From the NCBI GenBank assembly GCA_040954595.2, contig CM082594.2, positions 1,568,247 to 1,632,246 on the forward strand: DNA of 64,000 nucleotides, read 5' to 3'. Positions 47,428-58,469 of the stretch are shown here, piece after piece (position 1 is the first letter of the stretch; the number at the start of each line of letters is the position of its first letter). Source of the DNA: Balanoglossus misakiensis (Eukaryota > Animalia > Hemichordata). The notes under the pieces are model-generated. The model searched no databases, was not told where the DNA came from, and worked only from the letters and a program-made list of their open reading frames with translations. The position numbers and the translations under genes are program-made.

Positions 47428-49687
47428 TGGCCTCTGCAGAAACTCTTCAGGAAATGAAAACTGAAATAGAAAAATTAAAGTTGGTTATCTCTCAGAAAGA
47501 ACATGAAGCCGCAGCAGCACAGGCTGATGCAGATGAATCTCAGAAAGAAATAAAGCGTCTAATTGAAGAGCAACAATATAAAGCTGGTGAAACTGGGAAA
47601 ATGATGTATATGGTTCCAAGCCGAAAACTTGATCGCTTTAGAGGGAAACCAGAAAGTAAAGGTGACCTCACTGTTGACGACTGGATTGAAGATGCCAGAG
47701 CTGTGATAGCATCCCGTTGTGTGACTAGAGCTGAACAAGCTGCTTTCATCGTTGAACACCTTGCTGGAAAAGCACGTCGAGAAATACTTGGACGAGGGGA
47801 AGCTGTGACATCTGATCCTTTGAAGATATTTTCAGTGCTGGCAAATGTGTTTGGTGACGGTGATAGTCTACCCCAGCTACAACAACGTTTCTTCGCATAT
47901 AAACAGTCTGATGGTGAAGACATTGTTACATGTTCTTTGGAACTAGTAAATTTGTATGACCATATGGTACAACTAGACTCATCCTTCAGACCGGGTGGAG
48001 AAGTTCAACTGAAAAACCGTTTGGCTGAAGCTGTACGTGATGACAATGTTCGGATGGAATTTCGACGGCTTAATGCTGATAGCCCGAGTCTTTCTTTTTT
48101 TGATGCTCGTGACCGTATCATTGAACTGATGGGCCTACGAAATTTACCTCAGAAGCCAAGACGAGATGCTAACGTCCGTGAAGTCTCAGTTGAAAGTGAT
48201 GTGCATGATGTGATCCGAAAACAGGAAGAACAAATAGCGACACAACAGAAGCAGATAGAGTCTCTAATCTCCATGTTAAAGAACCCATCACATAAATCAG
48301 TTCTGAAGGAACCCACTCAACGGAAGGATGGTACACGCAGATGTTGGTCCTGTAACTCTCCAGACCACTTACGCAATTCATGGTTCCACAGCTGTCAATC
48401 ACACTGAACCCTCAGCCAATCAGAGCCGAGAAAAGTCATGCTGTTCACGCAACCGCCATTTTGTCCCACATATAATCAACAACATGGCCCAGCCTACAGT
48501 ACACGCTCAGTTAGAGATAGACAGACTGGAAGTTTTTTTTTCAGTTTTAGGAACTTAATGGTTTTAAAATATCGGCCAGAATAGTGAAGAGATGCGCCTG
48601 GGGGACGTTTAAATCAGATGAAAGGTACCTTGACCCAACATCGAGTATATTTTTTGTTCCGTTTCCGAAGCCAAAAACGCAGAGAGAGAGGTGTCTCAGG
48701 TGGTGGATATTAAAAGTTTGTGTTTAGATTTTAAACTGACACGTCTTCAATATAAATATTCAGCAATGATTTTATTGCTAAAGTGTTTGAAAATTTTGAA
48801 ATTCATATGCTGCTTGCAATTTCCATTTGACATGTCAATGTTGTTCGACCCGTTATAAAATGTCCGGCGTTGTAAACAATGGGGCCGCGCGCTGTCAATC
48901 CAATAACGTTCACGTAGTTTTCTGACTATTTGCCGCATTATCAGTGTTTTCATCCATATTTACCTACCAAAAATATCGTCAGATGAAGTGATACCTCTTG
49001 TGTCTCATATTTCGTCTGATTTCACTCAGAAACAGCACGATAAACTTAACCTTTGGGGCCCGTTATTACTAACAGCTGATCGTGGTTTCATGTCCGTTTG
49101 CGTGTGACCCCGACACGGGATCCCGACCGCGTAACTTGATCTGTCGATCCTTTTAAAATAGTGCTATTTTTCGCTGAAATGTTTAAAATTCACAAAGAAG
49201 CTCACTTTCATGGACACTTGGTCTATGTATGTGATAAATATATAATTCCCCCGTATTCCTCACTCGTGTACCTGCGTCGCAAACTCGACATACCAAGTAT
49301 AGCCTGCGGCCCGGGGGGATACGGCCGCTATCGTCCGCGATTCAGGCACACTCGTTCGAAATACGGGAGAATTATACCTCATTAAACCCTTTTCCTGTGA
49401 CTTCTTGGATAGGTTTTTTAAGTCTGGTAGGTAGCATACAGAAATGTCGCCAGGAACGTTGCGCAGACTATCGCTGAATGAATCTAGTTTCCCCATCCAC
49501 GTTGTGGAGCTATGGAGGTCAATGTCCCACAAGCTCGAAGCTTGTGGGGCGTAGCAACAGTAACCAAGGGGGGCGTGGCTTATTACCGTAGGGTGGAACT
49601 ATGAATGCATGTCCTCGGAAGAAACCCCGTAGTGAGCAATCTGCAAAGACGTCACCACCTGGTTCCCAAATGCAGCATTTAAACTAA
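47428..49687 (+). pseudogene. Gypsy gag (PNMA-like capsid plus CCHC knuckle), split by the insertion at 48378-49604
   Basis: KLDRFRG..VDDWIED and HLAGKARREI. Removing the insertion restores CWSCNSPDHLRNAC, and the frame ends QHLN* at 49687. Confidence 0.88.
48378..49604 (+). mobile_element. Non-autonomous TIR element with a THAP-domain remnant (ISL2EU-like, AT TSD)
   Basis: AT|TCATGGTTCCAC ... GTGGAACTATGA|AT. 48581-48703 reads VKRCAWGTFKSDERY..FFVPFPKPKTQRERCLRW. Confidence 0.65.
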
Positions 49688-49742
49688 CCCAACCTACTGC
49701 TGAGAGCCGCGTGGTAGGTGAGACAACTATTGACGGAGGCTC
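49678..49742 (+). promoter_or_regulatory. -1 programmed ribosomal frameshift signal for gag-pol
   Basis: T TTA AAC in the gag frame just before the stop; the -1 frame is open into the protease ORF. After a 7-nt spacer comes the stem ACCTACTGC/GTGGTAGGT, whose loop GAGCC is complementary to GGCTC at 49738-49742. Confidence 0.8.
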
Positions 49743-50871
49743 AATTGTACATAGAGCTGTTGGAGATTGTCCTGTTGCTACAGTCAAGCTTGGACATACT
49801 GAAGTCGGATGTTTAATCGACACTGGTGCGGAGGTGTCAACAGTGACTGAACATTTCTTTAAAGAGCACCTAGCTCATGAGGGAAAGTTAATAGATGTCA
49901 CGTCATTTATCCAGATTTCTGCGTCCCAAGGATTAGAGATTCCATACATTGGCTATGTAGAGCTTTCCGTCACAGTATGTAATCACACGTTCCCTAACTT
50001 AGGATTTCTTGTGGTACGTGATCCAATCGACACTCCAGTTGAGACACGTAAGAAGAAAATACCAGGTGTGCTTGGATCCAATGTGTTTAGAGATGTACGA
50101 AAAACACTTATAGACGAGTATGGTGATAACTATGTGGAGGAGTTATCAAAAACACTGTGTGCTGATGACATCAAATTCCTTCATGTGTTGGAGGTTTACC
50201 CATCAAAAGCTGTGAACCAGGAGACAGTTGTGACGACCTCACATGTCAGACCAGTTCGAATTGCTGCTAGGGGGCCTGTATTGATTCCTGCTCGTACTAT
50301 TCGTGTGATCGAAGGTTCAGTTCAACCTGCTGCACCAGGACAGATATACCATGCACTTTTGGAGAGACATATTGCTCATGTCGCTGATTTACCAAGTGGA
50401 ATAGCCTTAGGTGCAACCTATGTTTCTGTTGACAGGACTGGCAGAGTTCCTATGCAAGTGGCTAACTTTAGTGACACTGATACTTACCTGTTACCACGCA
50501 CTCCAATTGGTATGATTAAGCCTGCCTTGATAGAGCCAACCATTGAATTCTGTACTGTTAGTGAGAATGAGGTACAAGTCAAGAACAATGCTGTTTCCAA
50601 CGTTGTTACCCCTATACTGTGCAGAACCTGATGTCCAGAATGGATGTTGGTGATATTAGTCAGAATCAGCGAGAAGAGTTGCATGAATTGATCAGAAAAT
50701 ATGAATCAGTGTACAGTAAAGATGAGGATGACATTGGTTACTGTGACATTGTACAACACAAGATTATCACAACTGATGACAAACCAGTAAAGTTACCCCA
50801 TCGTAGAGTACCACCACACCAGTGGGATAAAGTCCGTGAATATATTAGCAAATCGTTGGAGCGTGGCATTA

Positions 50872-52928
50872 GGCTGGGCAAATTCAAAATTATGTTTGAC
50901 GTCAGCGCGCGCCTAGGTTTACGAGAAATTTCGCAAATACAAACAAATATGCAAATGAGGTCAAACGGGGTCATTGATGTCATATGTCTGTTCGTCTCAC
51001 TGTTTCCTCGTATCGACCGTGGTTGTTGCGTGACGAGAACGTGTCGTCTGTAGGTTTCAAAGTCGCCTGTGGGTAAAATTGGAGAAAGATGGCAAAAGAT
51101 GTGCAGAAAACAAGAGTACGCGAAATTATAAGTTGCAGAGTTACACAGAACAAGAAGGTGGCAATGGATTGGTATGCCTTCGAAGTCAGTCCAAATGACA
51201 GCTTCGCTGCGCTGTACAAAGGGCTAGTTCTCCTTAGTCAGACTAAACACGATCGGTTCAAAACAAAAATTGCAAAAGATGGCAGAACGTCTTGTTACCT
51301 GTTACAGTCGGAAAAATGTGGTGAAGGTGAGAAGATAGAGGTGTGTCCACGATTGTCTATCGCAAAAACGTGTGATCGGTTCCACAAGTATTACATTCTT
51401 TTTTATGTAAAATCAAAGGGAGACGAAAATACCAACGCTGACGTAGTGCAAACTCAGAACGATGTCTATAGACCAGTCAGAATTATGGAGGTACCTCCAT
51501 GGTCAGAATGAAAGGTGATTTCAAGGCTGTCCATGTGATCCAAGGTTAGTAAAACATTATTTTATTTACAATTTTGTTGTATGTCAGTGAATAAATGTTG
51601 TGTATGACCATACTGCAGCCCAGAACAAGTTGCCAGAGCCAATTTGTTGCATTCCACATATAGACTGAAAACAAATTTGCTAAAATAAATTTTGTTTGAG
51701 TAGAATTACAAACTCTGATTTTTGTGTTATTTAGTAGCACAGAACTTGGCACTATTCTGTTATAACTCTAAAGCTTTGCCTTCTGTAGTGCTGGCCTAAG
51801 TAAGTACAGTTTATGCTGTAGTACCTGTACAGGTCATGTAAACCTCCATTTAATTTGTACTTTTTTCTTTGCAATAGATCCTGTTCCGGATGAAAGAGGG
51901 GACCACTTTGAAAGGTTTACAGAAGTCTAAGGCAGACCAACACGTGAAATTAATTGCCCCAGCAGAAAGGGACTGGTACTTGATGCAGAAAACATCAACT
52001 TCAGGCTGAGTGGTGAAAAGTTGGAGCTGTGGACTGGTGCCCTGCATAGATTGCGAAAAGCCCGGGTATGGTAAAGCATTGTACACAGTACTATATTGGA
52101 CATTTTAATATCCATTGTAAATTGGATATATCTTTCTCATTTGTCAATTAACCACACTGCAAGCCATACAATGTAGTAAATACTGTGTATTGTGAAAAAA
52201 GTGAAGAGAAAGGGACTGAACCTCGTACACTGAGACATGAACAGTGTCTTGTTATGTGTTTTCTATGTATATGTACATGTATATAAAAAAATAATACAAC
52301 TAAGACTTCTCTGTTTTTTATTTCTCTTTGATAGGCGTATTTATCTGCAAAGAGGCTTGATTCACAGCAAAAAAAAAACAGCAACTTCAGGTATTCCTAG
52401 ATGATGGTCTTTATACCTGTGGCGGGGTACTTGTACAACCAAGTCATCCTCTCTATGGAACGTGTGTTGTGAGCCAGAATCAGAGTTAAATTTGTTAAAT
52501 TTTCAACTGTTAAATTTTCAACAGTTCCACTTCGCCAGAAAATGTTGTGTTTTGACTGTTGTCATGAGCAAGTTGTACAGAACAGATGGACTTCATCAAA
52601 TGGAAATTGTGACTGTCAAAGTGTTTGGCTGAAACTTTTTTCAATAAAATTGTTCAACTGATATATGCGTATGTGCATTAATATTGAATTTACTGTTTAC
52701 TCAGTATCTTTGAACGTGACACTGTAAACGTCTGTGGAATAATTTAGATGTAAAATATGTTTAAAGTTTAAGGACAAGGTTTTCTACAATGGATATTTGC
52801 TTTCAATTTCTCATAATATCTCATTTGCATATTTTGGAATATATAATTAGTTTGTTTTGTAAACCGCCCCCCTCATAGGTTTTGGGGTCTTGGGGTGACG
52901 TCAAACATAGTTTTGAATTTGTGCAGCC
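50872..52928 (+). mobile_element. Zator-like deleted DNA transposon in pol
   Basis: TTA|GGCTGGGCAAATTCAAAATTATGTTTGACGTCA ... TGACGTCAAACATAGTTTTGAATTTGTGCAGCC|TTA. Contains ORF 51089-51511 and remnants GLVPCIDCEKP and LYTCGGVL; no catalytic core seen. Confidence 0.7.
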
Positions 52929-53774
52929 TTATCCGGGAATCGTCGAGTCCATTTGCATCGCCAGTAGTCCTAGTTCGAAAGAAGGATGGCAAACTGTGAC
53001 TTTGTGTGGACTATCGCTCATTGAATGCAAAAACTCACAAAGATGCGTATCCATTACCCAGAATTGATGAGGCATTGGATGTGTTAAATGGAGCCAAGTA
53101 CTTCTGTAGCCTAGATCTTGCGCATGGCTATCATCAGATTCCTGTGTACGAGGAACATGTTGAGAAGACTGCCTTCAGGACAGGAACTGGTGGACTTTAT
53201 GAATTTGTGAGAATGCCTTTCGGGTTATGTAATGCACCCGCGACCTTTATGAGATTAATGGACAAGGCGTTTGGAGACCTTAATTTCCAGATTCTGCTCG
53301 TCTACCTGGACGATATCTTGGTGTTTGGTTCCACTTTTGAGGAGGCCCTAACCAGACTTGATACAGTTCTTTCTCGTCTCAGCAACCTGAACCTCAAGGT
53401 CAAGCCTGAGATGTGTCAACTGTTTCGTACCAAGGTTCACTACCTTGGGCATGTGGTTACCAGTGAAGGGACATTACCAGATCCTGGAAAAGTTCGTGCT
53501 GTAGCAGATTGGCCCCGACCAGAGACAGAAAATGAACTTCGTCGATTTCTTGGTCTCTCCAGCTATTACAGGAGGTTTGTCAAAGGCTATGCAAGTTTTG
53601 CGGCACCACTACACGACCTGTTAAAGACGTCTGAAGTTGAAGAAAAGACGAAGGAAGTTAGAAAGAGAAGAAAGTCAGACAAGCTTTCCAGGAATATTAA
53701 AGACGTCTGGGACCATTCCTGTGAAGAAGCATTCAACACTCTCAAACAGATGTTGACTTCCGCACCTATACTTG

Positions 53775-55349
53775 CCCTTATGAAAATATAGGCCTTGTCG
53801 CGATATATTGCAGCAGCTCTACAGCAGGTTTGCTGCAGCTCTACAGCAGGTAGACGCAGCAGAGCCGTTTTTTCGCATGCAAATTAGGTGATTCTGCAGA
53901 GCTGCCGCAGAGACTGCCGCATCCTTGCCGCAGCCAGTTGCACTGATGCTGAAAAATGCATACAGACATTTATGTATGCATGGCATACACATACATGTAC
54001 GCACTTGATTAATATATAATTATAAGAGATCATATTTTACATCACTATCATGGAGTATTTCACATAGAACAGCAAAATTTAGTTCAGGACAAAAACAGCC
54101 GTAATGCAGAAACAAAAATTTCTAAGGGGTCAAAGTTGTAATCATTTTATGTAAAGTTATGGAATACTAACAACATGGCGGCATAACAGTGTGATTCAAT
54201 CGTATTTATTGAAGTCAGGGGGGAAAAACGGAAGTTTTTACGAGTTTTTGGCTGTGTTAACTGAACACGGACACATTTAATTTATTGAAGAAGGGCTTAC
54301 AAATGAACAAGATGTTTCTTTTTCTCGCTTGCTTGGATAACACGGACGCAAAGTACAGTAAGCATGCAGTGTACAGGAAACAGTTTGGTATGCATACCAT
54401 CTTTTTGAGACAGACTGTCGAGCCTTTTATTTTATCAACAGTTGATTTTAGCATTGATAGCAATAGATTTTCATGGTGGCCGGCAACAGATGCTGCCAGA
54501 CGCTGATCTGTTCTGATCGTCGGACAGGGCCATCCAACACCAATCGGCAAAATCAACCAAACCCAGCCCTGCCCGTAAATGCCTGAATAAGTTCAGCCAT
54601 AAAAATATCTCAACATCGATCATCAACATCACTACGTTACTCAAATAACAAGTTACGAATAAATCCAGTAAAAAATGTGTCAAACAATCAATGTATAAAA
54701 AATGTATAAAAAATGTAATGCCTGCCTAGCTTGAACTTGAAGAAACTTGGGATCTATCATCTAGCTGTCTTCCCTTTCCAAGTTCTGTAAAATATTTTCA
54801 GATGTACACTTGAATGATCAGTGTCTTCTGCTGTACCTCCGTGTTGGCATCTGGTACATCCAAAAGCATTAAATGAAAGACAGTCCACCTGAACATACTC
54901 ATGATGTGGCAGCTAGCTGGAGACACTTGTAGTTTGAAGCTTGCAAGTTTAGAAAATGGCGGCAAAATGACTTTGGCCAATTACTAGCTTTGTTTCACAT
55001 CACCTGATATCAATTAAGGTCAACCAAAGTTGGAGGTCAATTCTTGTGTCCCTGCTGCATGGATTTGTACTTTGAGAATTATTCTTGCATCATTTCTGCA
55101 TAGAGAAAAGCCTTGCATCTTTGCGGCTACTTTGCGGCAAGCTCTTGTGTCCTTATTGCAAAGATTACCACCTCTACTGTAGAGCCACATTTAGTTGCGA
55201 CCTGCCGCATTGCCTCTGCTGCAGAGACACTCTCTGCGAGAACACCACAGCGTGTCTGCAAGAGCACCACAATGCCTTCACAGCAGAACTGCTGCAGAGC
55301 TGCTGAAGGCTGCTGCAGAGCTGCTGCTTTGTTGGCATTTTTGTAAGGG
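53775..55349. mobile_element. EnSpm/CACTA-type non-autonomous element in pol
   Basis: TG|CCCTTATGAAAAT ... ATTTTTGTAAGGG|TG with a 2-bp TSD and GCTGCAG subterminal repeats. Excision restores ATA CTT GGG TAT (ILGY). Confidence 0.75.
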
Positions 55350-57248
55350 TGGGTATCCAGATTTCCATTTACCATTTATACTTGAGACAGATGCTAGTAT
55401 GCATGGTTTAGGAGCTGTCCTTTCCCAGAAACAAGGAGACAGAATCGTTGTCCTTGGCTATGCAAGTCGAAGCTTAAAGCCCCATGAACGGAATATGCAA
55501 AACTACTCCAGTATGAAATTGGAACTTCTTGCATTGAGATGGGCAATAACGCAGAAGTTTCGAGACCTGTTGACTGGAGCAGAATTTGTTGTGTATACGG
55601 ACAATAATCCTTTAAGCTACTTGCTGACGTCAGCCAAGCTGGGAGCAACGGAGACTCGGTGGGCAGCTGTACATGACCAGGTTGGACACCAAGCTGCTGA
55701 AAAGACTATGGCTTTGTTGAAAACCAGATGCTACTGGCCCGGAATGTTGGCAGAAGTGACCGAGTACTGTCAACGATGTCAAGGCTGTACATTGGCTAAA
55801 GCAGGGAAGAAACTTCACCCCACCATGGGATCCTTGACTGCTAATAGGCCACTCGAAGTGTTAGCTGTAGACTTTACTGTGTTGGAACCAAGTTCCAATG
55901 GCTTCGAAAATGTACTCGTGCTGACAGACGTATTCACAAAGTTCACGCAAGCTATTCCGACTCGTGACCAGAAGGCAACGACTGTGGCCCGTGTTTTAGT
56001 GCGTGATTGGTTTGTTCGGTTCGGAGAACCTCGAAGGATACATAGTGATCAAGGCCGGAATTTTGAGAGCAAAGTTATTCAAGAACTCTGTAAATTGTAT
56101 GGGATTACCAAAAGTCGTACTACTGCCTATCACCCTGAGGGCAATGGACAGTGTGAACGATTTAATCGCACTCTCCACGATCGTTTGCGTACACTGACTC
56201 CAGAGAAGAAACGCAGATGGACTGAGTTCCTACCTGAACTTGTTTATGCCTACAATAGCACACCCCACTCCACTACTGGCTATTCACCACATTATTTGTT
56301 TTTTGGTAGAGAGCCTACACTACCCATGGACCATTTACTTGGAACTGCTCCAGATAGTACTGATAGTGATAGTGATATCGTAGAAGAGTGGATTGCTGAA
56401 CATTATGAGAGACTGATGGATGCATACAAACTCGCCTCACAAAGGACAGAGATAGAAGTTTTGCGGAGAAAGACTAGATGTGACCGTAAAGCTACCAACA
56501 CTGATTTACCAATAGGAACACGAGTATTCCTTAGAAACTGGACTACCAGAGGGAGGAATAAAATCCAAGATGTATGGAGTCCAGAACCCCATAGAGTTAT
56601 TGACCGACTTGCTACAGGCGGACATACATATGTCGTAGAACCAGTTGATGGAGGATGTCAGAAAACCGTCAATAGGAAAGAGTTGCTAGATGCTAGAAGC
56701 CTTGTGAAAGAAATGAAGCTCTGTGATGATACTGGCGGTGATGAACCAGAAGAGTTGTCCTGTAATGATTCCGATGACGACGAGTGTGACTATGGTGTTG
56801 ACATACAACATTGGAATACAATTTGTGGTACACAGTCTGGTAACGCACCAGATAGTATGGGTATGACTCACCTTGGCTCAGTTAGAGATGATACTCCATG
56901 TACCAGACAGACAGAGTCCCCGACTGATGATATACCCAGTGCTTCATTCAAAGCAGGGAAGCAAACCTCCAGTACCTTGACAGATACTACGACTGTGACT
57001 GGCACATCAGATGCACTTACTCAGCCTACTGCACCAGCAGGACTTAGACGTACAAGCCGTGCGAATGCTGGTCAGCATTACAACCCACATCACTTGCCAA
57101 GATCAGCAATTAGAGAAGCAACCGCTTCATTACGTGTAGATGAACAAGTGTTTAACTGATATTGCTAAAACAAACCTTTTAATTATGCAGATGTTATCTA
57201 CTATTGCGCACGACTGATTGTTTGATGGTTGATGGGACACTAACCATT

Positions 57249-57261
57249 AAGCAGGGAAGTG
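57249..57261 (+). promoter_or_regulatory. Polypurine tract
   Basis: AAGCAGGGAAGTG immediately before the 3' LTR. Confidence 0.7.
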
Positions 57262-58469
57262 TGTGAGGATATAAAACCATAAGTGTCGTGTGAGGGCACT
57301 ATAATTTGTGCGCATGCGCAGACAGTGTTTTTCTTGCTATAGTACATGTACTTACCTTGTAACCCTGTCATTCGATCACTGAATTTCATCCGGAGCCATC
57401 CACTTTGTGGTGAGCGCTGCTACTTTGTACTTACCTTGTGAGATTCAACCATTGAATTTCATCCGGCGACATCCACTTTGTGGCCAGCATTGTTACTTTG
57501 ATAACTACACATACTTGTTTGGTAAGATGTTATGTTTTTGTCAAGAGTAATTTGTAATATATTTCTTGTATTTATTTGATATTTGCTGCATTTCGGTACA
57601 GACAACTTTGTACATATGATGTTACACGTGGCGTCCATGTGCGTACAATAATTTCAGTGAAAGTCTTATCTATTTTTGTCTGTAAGTTTGAATGTTCATA
57701 AAAAGTAATTTAGAGTTGTTTTACATTGATTGATGAATCCAGCTTCATTTAATATCGATATTTGCAGTAAATATGAACAGACTATTTCTGTATTCCGTGA
57801 AATGCATGGTTCTTGCTCAGCAACTTACACAGCGGTCTATTGTTTGTACAGGACAGTCGTACGAGCAGATTTGGACTGTTGGTTGGTTACCCATTGATTG
57901 CTTTACTTACCTGTTAGTCAGGGTGAGTGAATTGTACCTTTTAAACAGACTTACCTGGTTTTGTCTAATTTGCTGTTATTTACTGTAATTCTGAATACTT
58001 GAAATAGTACTGCACAATGCATATATTATCAGTACAGTGTCATGATTTATACTATGATGAAGCCATGTTGACGTTATGTTTACAATTCATCAGTATATTA
58101 GCATCTCCCTGATGTTGAGAACTGTATTGTAATTTCATTGATTTACCTGAATATTTTTGTGTATGTATTTACTTGTGTCTTAGTCACTGACGCTTAGTCT
58201 GACCATGAGTAATGGGGAAATACACTGACACTGCAATCTTTATTTCTTTGCAGGTTCTTTGTTGTTGCGTAGTTGTTTGGTTGTGGTACTTGTTTTCAAG
58301 TCACTTACAGTTTACTATACAAGTCTCGCTCCTGTCAAAACCACTTATGGTCTATCATTATCCAAATTGAACCATTGTAATGTGTGACTGCATATGGAAG
58401 CTGGAATAAAAGTGCTCATTGGAATTGAACTCTAACCGTGGTGTGCGTGTCCAATGTTCCTGTGTTACA
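57262..58469 (+). repeat. 3' LTR (1208 bp, uninterrupted)
   Basis: TGTGAGG...TGTTACA followed by the TATA TSD. Confidence 0.95.

Larger units (their letters stand above)
49678..57159 (+). pseudogene. Gypsy pol (protease, RT, RNase H, integrase) broken by a frameshift (~50620), two insertions and a deletion (~55670)
   Basis: LIDTGAEVS; GI|IRESSSPFASP; DYRSLN, KTAF, MPFGLCNAPATF and YLDD; APIL|GYPDF and TDAS; GHQ..CQRC, VDF, SDQG and GQCERFN. Confidence 0.92.
29416..58469 (+). mobile_element. Full-length Gypsy/Ty3 LTR retrotransposon with four direct nested insertions
   Basis: TG...CA LTRs, TATA TSD (29412-29415 and 58470-58473), PBS, PPT, and gag then PR-RT-RH-IN order. Confidence 0.95.

Noticed and set aside
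55195-55349. Novel N-terminal extension on the 654-aa RNase H/integrase ORF
   Set aside because: It is chance read-in from the CACTA-like insertion's terminal repeats.
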